Notes: generated by a model from the sequence alone, not told the origin. A stretch of 64,000 nucleotides of DNA from an uncultured Actinomycetota bacterium (GCA_963781465.1 CAWAGH010000007.1:167657-231656); one strand, 5' to 3'. Positions 37,648 to 47,147 are shown, counted from the stretch's first letter. Numbers and translations are program-made.

Positions 37648-38264
37648 CGGTCGCCCTCCGGAGTCGCGCCGGTGGCCGCCGACGCGTACTCCGCCAGCCT
37701 TGCGTCCAGCTCGCCGAGCCACTGCGCGTCGACGAAGGCCTTGATGATGCGGCGCACCTCCCAGGCCGGCGGTGTGCCGGGGACCGGCCGGAGGAAGTCC
37801 AGCTCCACCGCCTTGGCGATCGCGCGGTCAATCTGGTCGACGACGCGCGCCTCGTTGGTGGAGCTGGCGAGGAAGGTCCGCAGGTCGTCGACGAGCCGGT
37901 CGCGGGTCACCACGAGGCGGCCCTCCCCGCTCGTCGCGTCGAACTCGGCCACCGCCTTGCGCAGCAGGGCGAGCAGGAGGCTCGTGTGGAACGACAGGCG
38001 GTGGCGGGGGACGAGGCGGGGGATCGGCAGGTCGGGGTCCTCGGGCTTCGAGCGCAGGTATGCGTAGCCCTCCGCCTCGTCGATGACGACGACCAGCCCC
38101 ACCACGTCCATATGGTCTCGAAGCTGGTTCCGCAGCCGCAGGACCTGTCGCCAGACGGCGTCTTGCCCTTCGCGGTAAACCACACCCTTCATCAGCGCCA
38201 CTGCCGCCATCGACAGCGAGGGGGCTTCCGGGGTCGCGCCGGGCGTCGTTGGGCTCGGGGTCAT
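37644..38264 (-). CDS. jetB: Wadjet JetB / MksE-like subunit (DUF4194)
   Basis: ATG 38264 overlaps the jetA stop (ATGA). 206 aa. ALMKGVVYREGQDAVWRQVLRLRNQLRDHMDVVGLVVVIDEAEGYAYLR is typical of DUF4194. Confidence 0.85.
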   Translation of the reverse strand: MTPSPTTPGATPEAPSLSMAAVALMKGVVYREGQDAVWRQVLRLRNQLRDHMDVVGLVVVIDEAEGYAYLRSKPEDPDLPIPRLVPRHRLSFHTSLLLALLRKAVAEFDATSGEGRLVVTRDRLVDDLRTFLASSTNEARVVDQIDRAIAKAVELDFLRPVPGTPPAWEVRRIIKAFVDAQWLGELDARLAEYASAATGATPEGDR

Positions 38265-39733
38265 GGCCGGCCGCCGACGTCGACAAGGGCGCGTTGGCGA
38301 ACCATGGTGACCACCGGCATGCGGACCACCCGGTCGGCGCCGGACGCGTCGAGGTAGGAGACGTGGACGTGGCGGGTCTCGTCGGTGACGACGTCGACGT
38401 CCTCCTCGGCGATGCTGAGGTACCCGACGATCTCGGCCAGACCGAGGCTCGGTGGGTGGTCGCGCAGGATCTCCTCCAGAGCGACCTGCTCGCGCCCGCG
38501 GAGCATGGTGCGGACCGTGCCCACGAGTCTGGCCATGTCGACGTGGACCTGGTCGAACAGCTCGGAGGTGTCGATGTCGTCGTCGTCCTTGGTGACATCG
38601 AGGCGCTCGAGCCCCTCGGAGCCCGCGGGCCAGTACAACGGGCGCTCCATGGGCAGCCCCACTCGGGGGCGGAGGGCATCGAGCGGCATGTGGAGGGCGG
38701 GTGCTGGCTGGTCGCGCAGCGCGAGCGCCGATCGCTCCACGGAGCGCAACAGGTCCATCACCCGGCGGTTCTCCAGCCACACCTTGTCGTCGAGAAACCG
38801 CCGCAGCTGTTCGGACAGCAGCCGCACTGTCTGCTGCGTGCGTTCGGCAGCGTCGAGCCAGTCGTGGTGGGCGTGTCTCAGCCGGCGGTCGACCTCGATC
38901 TGGTCCAGTGCGACCAGGCGCTCCAGCAGGTCGCTGAGCTCGTCCTGCCGGCGGCGGGACAACAGGAAGTCGTGGAAGGCCTGGAAGCTGCGGCCCTGGT
39001 CGGACGCGGCGATCGCGTGCCGGTCGCCGACGAGCTGGTCGAGCAGCTCGCCCTTGGCGCCGTCCCAGGCGGCGATCTTCTCGCGGGCTGCCCGGTCGAG
39101 AGCGCGGAAGTTCTCCTCGACCTCCCGGAAGTCGCTGAGCAGCTCCCGCGCGGTGCTGGCGAAGTGCTGGTAGCGGTCGAGGAGGGCGGCAGGGTCGAGC
39201 GGCGCAGACTGGCCCGCCCCGGCCAGCGCCAGCTCGGCATCGACCTCGGCCCGCCGGGCGTGGAGCTGGGTGATCCGGCTAGCGGGGTCGGTGTCGGCTC
39301 CCAGCACGATCTGGCGGAGGAGGTCGACCAGGGTGTGCAGCCGCGATTCCGTGCCCACGAACGCGCGAGCCTCGAGACCGGCGACCCACGCGTAGGCCTT
39401 CTCCAGGTCGGAGGTCGCATCGTAGTGCGCGTCCGTGGTGCCGTCCGGGTAGAACTTTCTGAGCCAACCCTGCTCGGGCTCGGCCCAGGACGCGACGTAA
39501 TCCCGGGCGCTGCGCGGGTATGCCGGCCGCCCGGAGGTGTCGCCGAAGGCGGCGTTGACGGCGTGCAGGTCGTCGTCCACGCGGGAGACGAGGTCGTCCT
39601 CCGCGATCGACCGGACGTTGTCGGTGACGAAGATCGTCCCGAGCACGGCCAGCACCAGGGGTGCGCTGTCTGCTCGGAGCAGTCGCCATGCCGCCGAGTT
39701 GGCGCGTAGGTAGGCAACTCGTGCGTACTCCAC
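38261..39733 (-). CDS. jetA: Wadjet JetA / MksF-like kleisin-type subunit (DUF3375)
   Basis: GTG 39733 with GGAGG 8 nt upstream, inside ORF 38261..39808. AAWRLLRADSAPLVLAVLGTIF, GWLRKFYPDG, and ARELLSDFREVEENFRALDR match the DUF3375 pattern. 490 aa. Confidence 0.85.
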   Translation of the reverse strand: MEYARVAYLRANSAAWRLLRADSAPLVLAVLGTIFVTDNVRSIAEDDLVSRVDDDLHAVNAAFGDTSGRPAYPRSARDYVASWAEPEQGWLRKFYPDGTTDAHYDATSDLEKAYAWVAGLEARAFVGTESRLHTLVDLLRQIVLGADTDPASRITQLHARRAEVDAELALAGAGQSAPLDPAALLDRYQHFASTARELLSDFREVEENFRALDRAAREKIAAWDGAKGELLDQLVGDRHAIAASDQGRSFQAFHDFLLSRRRQDELSDLLERLVALDQIEVDRRLRHAHHDWLDAAERTQQTVRLLSEQLRRFLDDKVWLENRRVMDLLRSVERSALALRDQPAPALHMPLDALRPRVGLPMERPLYWPAGSEGLERLDVTKDDDDIDTSELFDQVHVDMARLVGTVRTMLRGREQVALEEILRDHPPSLGLAEIVGYLSIAEEDVDVVTDETRHVHVSYLDASGADRVVRMPVVTMVRQRALVDVGGRP

Positions 39734-39945
39734 CGTCGGCCTCCGGGCACCCACGCCGTCGACAGGCGTCCCGGGTGCTGCGGCCACCTTACGATCCCAC
39801 CCCGACACCGAGGCGAAGGCTCCCTCCGGAGGGTTCAGCGGGGGTCAGAACACTTTCAGTCGCTGGGCATGGCGCGCGCCGTCCCGGACAGACGTGAGGA
39901 CCTCGAGCCGTGAGAACGCCGGCCGCGACGGCTGACGACGACCAG

Positions 39946-40475
39946 ATGCGTCGGCGCACCACGGACGCCATCCAGCGATATGGCTGCCTCGTCACTCATA
40001 TTTCCGAGGACGGGCCGTGCGACGAGTCCGCGCCCTCGGCTCCAACCGGGCGCAACGTCGAGCCGACGCGCGGGCCGCTCGGCGCCGACACGGTGTCTCG
40101 ACCCCAACGGCGTTCGCGTACACGGCCGGGCTACACGGGGTTGGCCACCCTGAGCTTCTGGTCTTCGGGCTGCCGATGGAACGGTTGCGTCGGCTGCTCA
40201 CCGACCTCACCCATGGCGTACTGCACGGACGCGACCTCACGCCCGGCGAGCTCGTTGCCTCCGTGGGCCCGGGGCTGACCGACGTCCTCGTCGAGACGCT
40301 GCCGAACCCTGGGGAGATCCTCTTCGCCGCCAACGAGTTCTACGGTCGGCCATCGTTCGCCTCCGTCGACGCCCTCCAGCTGTCCTGGCCCGACGCCCTC
40401 GGCCGCTACCCGGGTGATCCGGGCTGCGTCGGCCCGGCGGCTCGCCAGCCTCGACCGGGGAGGTTTCGAGCCTGA
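39946..40475 (+). pseudogene. DUF4262-family protein with one frameshift
   Basis: ATG 39946 opens MRRRTTDAIQRYGCLVTHISEDGP...GPLGADTVS in frame 1. The conserved core TPTAFAYTAGLHGVGHPELLVFGLP...FYGRPSFASVDALQLSWPDALGRYP continues in frame 0 (ORF 40017..40475). Break near 40095-40106. Confidence 0.65.
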
Positions 40476-40484
40476 GTGAGCAAA

Positions 40485-40497
40485 TCAGATAATCTGA
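40485..40497. promoter_or_regulatory. AT-rich palindrome upstream of vapB, candidate autoregulatory operator
   Basis: TCAGAT-A-ATCTGA (6-bp arms) lies in the only AT-rich patch of the intergenic region, 14 nt before the vapB ATG. Confidence 0.4.
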
Positions 40498-40510
40498 TGA
40501 CGTGCGAACG

Positions 40511-40750
40511 ATGACGGCCACCGAGGCGAGTCGAGCCTTCTCCGCGCTGCTCGACGCGGTGGAGGCGGGTGAGAGCGTCACGATCGAGCGCGCCGGCCGC
40601 CGGGTGGCGGTGGTCGGGCCGGTCTCGAGCCCGAACGGGCGTCAGGTCAGGTCGCTGCTGGAGACGCGGGTCGACCGAGCATTCGCCTCCGACCTGAGTG
40701 CCGCGCGCCGCGCGGTGGAGACGGATCCGTGGCCGTGGCCCGACGCCTGA
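40511..40750 (+). CDS. vapB: type II antitoxin (Phd/YefM- or VapB-type)
   Basis: MTATEASRAFSALLDAVEAGESVTIERAGRRVAVVGP is a typical antitoxin N-terminus. Overlaps the downstream PIN gene. Alternative GTG at 40502. Confidence 0.75.
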   Translation: MTATEASRAFSALLDAVEAGESVTIERAGRRVAVVGPVSSPNGRQVRSLLETRVDRAFASDLSAARRAVETDPWPWPDA

Positions 40751-41139
40751 TCGTCGACACCGGCGTGATGGTCGCGGTCGAGAGGTCCACCTCGTCACTT
40801 TCCGGTGCCCTGCGCGACGACGACGATGTCGCGATGGCGGCGGTGAGCGTGGCGGAGCTCTGGGCGGGGGTCGAGCTGGCGGACGCCAAGCATCGTGCGG
40901 CGCGCGAGCGATTCGTCCAGAGCGTCCTGCAGGTCGTGCCCGTCATCCCGTACGACGAGGGCGTCGCGCGACGACACGCCGTGCTCCTCGCTCACGTCCA
41001 TCGCACCGGGCGACGCCGCGGGGTTCATGACCTGCTCGTCGCCGCAACGGCCGCGCGGACCGGACGCGCGGTGCTTACAGCCGACGCCGCGGCCCGGTTC
41101 GCGGACCTCCCGGACGTTGCGGTCATCAGCGGACCCTGA
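40735..41139 (+). CDS. vapC: PIN-domain toxin VapC
   Basis: RLIVDTGVMVAVER (first acidic residue), AAVSVAELWAG, VHDLLVAATA, AVLTADAAARF. About 134 aa. GTG 40735 or 40729, overlapping the vapB 3' end. Confidence 0.75.
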   Translation: MARRLIVDTGVMVAVERSTSSLSGALRDDDDVAMAAVSVAELWAGVELADAKHRAARERFVQSVLQVVPVIPYDEGVARRHAVLLAHVHRTGRRRGVHDLLVAATAARTGRAVLTADAAARFADLPDVAVISGP

Positions 41140-41142
41140 CGG

Positions 41143-41517
41143 TCATGAACCGAGGAGGCGCGCCATCCATTCGTCGCGGGCGGCGGTCATGTCCTTCGAG
41201 AGGCGCGCATGGGGAGCGAGCTGGTCGCACGCGTGGAACCCACCCGGCCACACGTGCAGCTCGGCCTGGCTGCCAGCGGCCCAGAACCCGGAGGCATACG
41301 CGAGGTCCTCGTCCCGGAACACCTCGGCACTCCCGCACTCGATGAACGCCGTTGGCAGTCCGGCGAGATCGGTGGCCCGGGACGGCGCGGCGTAGATCGA
41401 CACGGCGTCGGTACCGCGGCGCTCCCCAAGCAGGGCGTTCCAGCCGGTGTCGTTGCTGCCGCGGTCCCCACACGCCGACGCCCCCGCCGTCGAGGCCGAT
41501 GTCCAGGCGGCGGTGCG
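41143..41517 (-). pseudogene. C-terminal remnant of an HSL-type esterase/lipase (alpha/beta hydrolase)
   Basis: Only the last ~110 codons are present: NDTGWNALLGERRGTDAVSIYAAPSRATDLAGLPTAFIECGSAEVFRDEDLAYASGFWAAGSQAELHVWPGGFHAC. The nucleophile and oxyanion regions are missing. The frame is closed by TAG at 41518-41520. Confidence 0.6.
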
Positions 41518-42736
41518 CTACGCGGCCCAGCACGGGCTCGGCGTCGGCGTGGTGTCGACCGGCCACGGCGTCACCACCCGGTGCGACGGGGGCGTCCTCG
41601 TCAACACCTCCCGGATGCGCGGCGTTCGCGTCAACCCGCGGACCCGCCGGGCGACGGTCCAGGCCGGTGCCCGATGGACCGACCTCATCCCGGCGGCCGA
41701 CGCCTTCGGTCTGGCCGGGCTCCCGGGATCCAGTCCGCACGTGGGCGTCATCGGGTACACCCTCGGTGGTGGGTTCGGTTGGCTGGGGCGGGCGTTCGGC
41801 CTTTCCGCTCACCACGTCACCCGGGCCCGGATCGTGACGGCCGACGGCGAGATCGTCGTCGCGAGCCGGTCCGAGAACGCCGACCTGTTCTGTGGCCTGC
41901 GTGGCGGGACCGGGAACTTCGGGATCGTCACCCAGCTGGAGCTCGGCCTCGTCGCCATCGACGAGGTGTACGCCGGGAACCTGTTCTACCCGCTAGAACG
42001 GGCCACTGAGGTCCTCGCGGCCTTCGCCCGCTGGGCGCCCACGACGCCGAACGAGCTGACCGCCGCCGTGACGTTCCGGGCATTCCCGCCGCTGCCGGCG
42101 GTACCCGAACCGTTGCGCGGCAAGCGGTTCGCCCTCGTTCGCGGTGCGTATGCGGGATCGCCGGCCACCGGCGCCCGGCTCGTCGACGAGGTGCGGACCG
42201 CGCTCGGACCGGCCCTGATGGACACGTTCGGGCCGATGCGGCCGGCCCACCTGGGGTCGGTCAGCATGGACCCGGTCGACCCGCTCGCCGCCGAGGGTCA
42301 CACGGATCTCCTGCGCGACATCACCCCCGAGCTGGCCGACTCGCCGGTCGCCCTCGAGGGACCGGCCTCACCGCTCGTCATGCTCGAGCTGCGGCAGGTC
42401 GGCGGCGCGCTCGCCGGTCCGCCCGGTGCCCTAAGCCCGATGGCCCACACCTCCGCGGCATACAGCCTCAACGCGATCGGGCTCAGCCCAGGCCGAGAAC
42501 AGCAGCGGGTGGTCCGCGACCACCTCGCCCGAGTCGCCACCGCCGTCCGGCCGGAGGCGACCGGCGAGGCATACCTCAACTTCCTCGACGCCGGCCCCGG
42601 GACCCCAGGCCGGGTCGACGCGGCGTACTCGCCGACCGACCGGCGGCGTCTCGCGCGGCTCAAGTGCCGGTACGACCCCCAGAACGTCTTCCGCTTCAAC
42701 CGCAACGTCACCCACACCGAAGGACACCCGTCATGA
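41447..42736 (+). CDS. FAD-binding oxidoreductase (FAD_binding_4 / BBE-like), possibly 5'-truncated
   Basis: AVEADVQAAVRYAAQHGLGVGVVSTGHG, PHVGVIGYTLGGGFGWLGRAFG, DLFCGLRGGTGNFGIVT, C-terminal YLNFLD...RLARLKCRYDPQNVFRFNRNV. The usual ~30-40 N-terminal residues before the ...DV.AAVRYA segment are absent. Begins with GTG 41447 inside the esterase remnant. Confidence 0.7.
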   Translation: MSLLPRSPHADAPAVEADVQAAVRYAAQHGLGVGVVSTGHGVTTRCDGGVLVNTSRMRGVRVNPRTRRATVQAGARWTDLIPAADAFGLAGLPGSSPHVGVIGYTLGGGFGWLGRAFGLSAHHVTRARIVTADGEIVVASRSENADLFCGLRGGTGNFGIVTQLELGLVAIDEVYAGNLFYPLERATEVLAAFARWAPTTPNELTAAVTFRAFPPLPAVPEPLRGKRFALVRGAYAGSPATGARLVDEVRTALGPALMDTFGPMRPAHLGSVSMDPVDPLAAEGHTDLLRDITPELADSPVALEGPASPLVMLELRQVGGALAGPPGALSPMAHTSAAYSLNAIGLSPGREQQRVVRDHLARVATAVRPEATGEAYLNFLDAGPGTPGRVDAAYSPTDRRRLARLKCRYDPQNVFRFNRNVTHTEGHPS

Positions 42737-43625
42737 CCCGCATTCTCGTCATCGGCGCGACCGGCAACGTCGGCCGTACCGTCACCTCGCTGCTCGCCAA
42801 CCATCAGGCCGTCCAGGTGCGCGCCCTCGCCCGCGACGCCGACGCCGCCGCGCGCTCGCTCCCGCGTTCAGCCGAGATCGCCGTCGGCGACTTCACCGAC
42901 CGGGCTTCTCTCGACGCCGCGCTCGACGGTGTCGACGCGGTCTACCTCGCCTGCGGGAACGTCGCCGGTCAGGTCGACCACGAGTGCGCGGTCATCGACC
43001 GGGCCGCTGCGGCCGGAGTCCGCCGGCTGGTCAAGCTGTCGGCCCGCGGCGCGGAGATCGGGTCGCCGGTCGCGTTCTGGCACTGGCACGCCGTGATCGA
43101 GGCGCACTTGGTCGCGTCGGGCATCCGGTCCGTCGTCCTGCAGCCGAGCTTCCTCATGACCAACCTCTTCGCCGTGGCCGACGCGGTCCGCGACCACGGA
43201 TTGGTGATCGCACCCGCGGCTCACGCCCGGATCTCGATGGTGGACCCGCGCGACGTGGCCGCCGCCGTCGCCGCCGCCTAGTCGGCACGGGCCGCGAGGG
43301 TCGCGCCCACGTCGTCACCGGCCCGTCGGCCATCTCCTACGACGTCGTGGCCGCATCACTCGCCGACGCACTCGGCCGGGACGTCGCCTACCTCGACATC
43401 TCCCCGGACGAGGCCCGCCGGTCGCTGCTCGGCCAGGGCCTGCCACCGTTCGCCGTGGACCAGCTGGGTGCCGTGTTCACAGCGCTGCGCCGGGGCGACC
43501 AGCAGACGACGACGGACGTCGTGGAAGCGGTGACCGGCCGGCTGCCGCGGTCGTTCCGTGAGTTCGCGGGCGATCACGTGGCCGCCTTCTCCGCCAAGGA
43601 GCTCGGCGTGCTCGCTACCGGGTAG
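42733..43625 (+). pseudogene. NmrA-like / NAD(P)H-binding family protein with one frameshift
   Basis: ATG 42733 (ATGA overlap with the upstream stop). MTRILVIGATGNVGRTV...LQPSFLMTNL...DPRDVAAAVAAA*, then the remainder continues in the frame of ORF 42984..43625 (LVGTGREGRAHVVTGPSAISYDVVAASLADALGRDVAYLDISPDEAR). The break lies in the GCC-rich run 43255-43280. Confidence 0.75.
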
Positions 43626-43629
43626 CCGT

Positions 43630-44682
43630 TCAGGCTCCCCGGCGCCGACCACGCCGGGAGGCCGCCGGCTTGGCGACGGAGTCGCGCGCCCGGAACGGCA
43701 TGGGCAGCAGCTCTATCCGGTTGCCCGACGCGTCGTCGAGGAGGATCTCGACGGCGCGTCGGCCCATCTCGTAATGGGGGATGGCCAGGCTGGACAGGCC
43801 GGGGTCCAGCCACCGCGCCAGGTCGGAGTCGTCGAACGACACCACCGACAGATCCCCGGGGATCGAGAGCCCGAGCTGCTGCGCCGCCTGGTAGACGCCC
43901 ATGGCGACGCGGTCGTTCATCGCGATCACCGCGGTCGGCCGGTCCGCGGTCGGGTGGCCGAGCCGGCGCAGCATGGCCGCGCGGGCGTCGGTCGGCCACC
44001 AGCGACAGGCCAGGTGGCCGAGCAGGGAGGTGCCCTCCTCCTCGAGGGCCATCTGGATGCCCTCGAGCCGTTGCCGGGCGGGATAGGTAGTGGTCGGTAC
44101 CTCACCGACGAGCAGGATCCGGTCACGGTGTCCGGCCCCCAGGAGCTCGGCGACCGCGACGCTGCCCGCCGTCATGTCGTCCGGGGCGATCGACGGAACG
44201 GTGCGCCGCCGGTCGATGCAGTTGAGCATGACCGTCGGCTTGCCGCGCAGGTTCGGGGGGAGGGTGGTCAGCCGCATGGCCATCGACGCGTAGAGGAACC
44301 GGGTCACCCCCCGGTCGACGAGTTCGCGACTTTCCGACACCTCCAGCCCGCGCAGGCCCTCGGTCTCGGTCATCAGCAGCGCGTGCCCGCGTTCGGTCGC
44401 GGCGGTGACGCAGCCCCGGATCAGCTCGCCGGCGAACGGTTCGGTGCCGACGGTGTCGGAGATCAGCCCGATCGACGGGGCCCGCACCGGCAGGGACGAC
44501 CCGGCCGGGTGGCGCGGGACGTAGCTGAGCTCGCGCGCGGACTGGTGCACGCGTTCCTGGGTGGCCTCGGAGATGCGCATGTCGCGGCGTCCGGACAGGA
44601 CGAAGGACGCGGTCGTCACCGACACGCCCGCCCGCGACGCCACGTCGGACAGCGTGACCTTGGCACTGCCCTTCCGCACCAC
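43630..44682 (-). CDS. LacI family transcriptional regulator
   Basis: N-terminal HTH VTLSDVASRAGVSVTTASFVLSG, followed by a periplasmic-binding-protein-like sugar-binding fold (IGLISD, AVIAMNDRVAMGV, VVSFDD). Confidence 0.85.
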   Translation of the reverse strand: MVRKGSAKVTLSDVASRAGVSVTTASFVLSGRRDMRISEATQERVHQSARELSYVPRHPAGSSLPVRAPSIGLISDTVGTEPFAGELIRGCVTAATERGHALLMTETEGLRGLEVSESRELVDRGVTRFLYASMAMRLTTLPPNLRGKPTVMLNCIDRRRTVPSIAPDDMTAGSVAVAELLGAGHRDRILLVGEVPTTTYPARQRLEGIQMALEEEGTSLLGHLACRWWPTDARAAMLRRLGHPTADRPTAVIAMNDRVAMGVYQAAQQLGLSIPGDLSVVSFDDSDLARWLDPGLSSLAIPHYEMGRRAVEILLDDASGNRIELLPMPFRARDSVAKPAASRRGRRRGA

Positions 44683-44751
44683 GGCCGATCGGTCTCCTGA
44701 ACACTCGCCGCTCGGCCACCGCCGTCGGGTCTCCCGAGGATACCGATGCGG

Positions 44752-46011
44752 CTAAACCCTCGTCGCCCCTTCTTCGCGCAACCGCGCCAACCGCCGGGCG
44801 AGGTACCGCTGCTCGGGCTTGCTCCGGGTGAGCTCGGCGGCCCGCGCGTACGCAGCCTGCGCGGCCTCCGCGTCGCCGGACAGCTCCAGCAGGTGAGCCC
44901 GGACGGCGTGCAGCCGGTGGTACCGCTCCATCGCCGCGTCGTCTAGGAGGGGCTGCAGCGCCTCGAGTCCCGCGCCCGGACCGGTCGACATCCCGATCGC
45001 CACCGCCCGGTTGAGGGTGACCGCCGGACTCGGTGCGACATCCTCGAGCATCGCGTAGAGCACGACGATCTGGGCCCAGTCGGTGTCCTCGGAGCGCAGG
45101 GCCTCGGCATGGACGGCGGCGATCGCCGCCTGCAGCTGGTATGCGCCGACGGGCCCTCTGGGGAGCACCACCTCGAGGATCGCCAGGCCCTCGTCGATGA
45201 GGCCGCGATCCCAGCGGCTGCGGTCCTGCTCGGCCAGCGGCACGAGGTCCCCGCGGGCATCGACCCGCGCTGCCCGGCGGGCGTCGGTGAGCAGCATGAG
45301 GGCGAGGGCGCCGGCGATCTCGTCGTGCCCGGGTAGGTATGCGTGCAGCTGGCGAGTGAGGCGGATCGCCTCTTCGGCCAGCGAGGTCTCGACGAGAGTG
45401 TTGCCGGAGCTCCGCGCATACCCCTCGTTGAAGACGAGGTAGAGCACGTCGAGGACCGCGGCGACGCGAGTCGGCAGCTCTTCCAAGGCCGGCGCCTCGA
45501 ACCGGGCTCCATTGGCGCGCAACGTGGTCCGCGCGCGGCTGAGCCGTTGCGCCATCGTCGCCTCGGGGACCAAGAACGCCGTGGCGATGGCGGCGTTGGG
45601 CAGACCCGAGACGGCCCGCAGGGTCAGCGCCACCTGCGACGGCCGGCTCAGCGTGGGGTGGCAGCAGAGCAGCAGGAGCAGGAGCGCGTCGTCGCCGGGT
45701 TCGGTGTCCTCGTCGGCCGGCGGCGCGACGAAGGCGTCGGCGGCTTGGGTGGTGCCCACGGCCTCCTCGCGCGCCGCGCGGGCTCGGTCCGAGCGGACTA
45801 GGTCGATGAGCCGGCGGGACGCGACGCGGACGAGCCAGCCCCGGGGGTTGTCCGGCATCCCCTCCGTCGGCCACTGCTCGGCCGCGGCGGTCAGGGCCTC
45901 CTGGGCGGCGTCCTCACAGTCGGCGTAGTCGCCGTGCCGGCGGAGCAGCGCGGTGAGGACGTGCGGCGACTCTCGCCGCCACACGTCCTCGAGCTCGGTG
46001 CTCGTCACCAC
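44752..46011 (-). CDS. ECF-type sigma-70 family sigma factor with long C-terminal extension (DUF6596-type)
   Basis: 419 aa. Region 2 DCEDAAQEALTAAAEQWP...NPRGWLVRVASRRLID; region 4 LTLRAVSGLPNAAIATAFLVPEATMAQRLSRAR; TPR-like tail. Classic pairing with a YCII gene immediately upstream. Confidence 0.8.
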   Translation of the reverse strand: MVTSTELEDVWRRESPHVLTALLRRHGDYADCEDAAQEALTAAAEQWPTEGMPDNPRGWLVRVASRRLIDLVRSDRARAAREEAVGTTQAADAFVAPPADEDTEPGDDALLLLLLCCHPTLSRPSQVALTLRAVSGLPNAAIATAFLVPEATMAQRLSRARTTLRANGARFEAPALEELPTRVAAVLDVLYLVFNEGYARSSGNTLVETSLAEEAIRLTRQLHAYLPGHDEIAGALALMLLTDARRAARVDARGDLVPLAEQDRSRWDRGLIDEGLAILEVVLPRGPVGAYQLQAAIAAVHAEALRSEDTDWAQIVVLYAMLEDVAPSPAVTLNRAVAIGMSTGPGAGLEALQPLLDDAAMERYHRLHAVRAHLLELSGDAEAAQAAYARAAELTRSKPEQRYLARRLARLREEGATRV

Positions 46012-46018
46012 CCGGTGA

Positions 46019-46414
46019 TCACTGGTCTTCGCCGCCGTCGGCCATCGACATCCGCAGCTCGACGGTCTCCCCTGGTCCGGACAGCCGCGCGGCGATGGCC
46101 TCGGCGCGCTCCTGCGTCTCGACGTCGACGAGGAAGAAGCCGGCGAAGTGCTCCTTCGCCTCCGAGTAGGGGCCGTCGGTGACGACCGGGCGTCCCGCTG
46201 CGTCCCAGCGGTAGAGCCTGGCGGTGCTCGGAGAGGCCAGCGCCTCGCCGCCGACCAGCTCGCCGCTCTGCGAGAGCTCAGTGAGCAGCGCCTCGAAGCC
46301 GGCGACCTCGGCGTCGCGCTGCTCCTTGGGTAGGGCCTGGTGCTCGGGAAGGAAGTCGCTGGTCGGGTGGCCCCAGGGCTGCGGGTTCGAATGGATGAGG
46401 ATGACGTACTTCAC
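46019..46414 (-). CDS. YCII-related (DGPF) domain protein
   Basis: GTG 46414 with AGGAG 7 nt upstream. (V)KYVILIHSNPQPW...GELVGGEALASPSTA...TDGPYSEAKEHFAGFFLVDVE. 131 aa. Confidence 0.8.
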   Translation of the reverse strand: MKYVILIHSNPQPWGHPTSDFLPEHQALPKEQRDAEVAGFEALLTELSQSGELVGGEALASPSTARLYRWDAAGRPVVTDGPYSEAKEHFAGFFLVDVETQERAEAIAARLSGPGETVELRMSMADGGEDQ

Positions 46415-46583
46415 GGTGTGCTCCTGTCGTGTGCGTCGGGCCCGGCCGGCCCGCTCACCAGAGACGTCGGAACCGGGAGCCCGTTCTCGACATCCTGGCC
46501 GACTGTGTCCTGTCGGGTGGGTGTGGTTCGTGGAGATGATGAGCGGTACCCGTCCGGGGTGCCCCGACCCGAGAGGACATCCC

Positions 46584-47147
46584 ATGCGTAGCGTCATCGT
46601 CACCGAGTTCGTCTCCCTGGACGGCGTCATGGAGGCGCCCGGCGGGGAAGAGGGCTACCGCCACACGGGCTGGACCTTCGACATCGAGACCGACGACACG
46701 ATGTATGACTACAAGTTCGACGAGGCCAACGAGGCGGGCGCGCTCCTGCTCGGCCGCCGGACCTACGACGGCTTCGCGGCCGCGTGGCCGGGACGGGACG
46801 GCGCCTTCGCCGACCGCTTCAACGAGATGCCGAAGTACGTCGTCTCCAGCACGCTCACCGAGCCGGAGTGGAACAACACGACCGTGGTTCCCGACGTGGA
46901 CGCCGTGGCGACGCTGCGCGAGGGCGACGGTGGACCGCTGGTGGTCCAGGGCAGTGCCCAACTGGTCCACGAGCTGCACCGGCGCGGGCTGGTCGACGAG
47001 TGGCGGCTCATGGTGTGGCCGGTCATCCTCGGCAGCGGGAAGCGGGTCTTCCCGGACGACGCCGAGGACAAGGCCAAGCTCGAGCTGGTCAGCTCGACCA
47101 CCTACGCGAACGGCGTCCAGCTGCAGATCTTCCGCCGGGCGGCCTGA
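46584..47147 (+). CDS. dihydrofolate reductase-like (RibD C-terminal domain) family protein
   Basis: ATG 46584 with GAGAGGA upstream. MRSVIVTEFVSLDGVMEAPGG, LLLGRRTYDGFAAAWP, MPKYVVSSTL, RLMVWPVILGSGKRVF. Confidence 0.8.
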   Translation: MRSVIVTEFVSLDGVMEAPGGEEGYRHTGWTFDIETDDTMYDYKFDEANEAGALLLGRRTYDGFAAAWPGRDGAFADRFNEMPKYVVSSTLTEPEWNNTTVVPDVDAVATLREGDGGPLVVQGSAQLVHELHRRGLVDEWRLMVWPVILGSGKRVFPDDAEDKAKLELVSSTTYANGVQLQIFRRAA

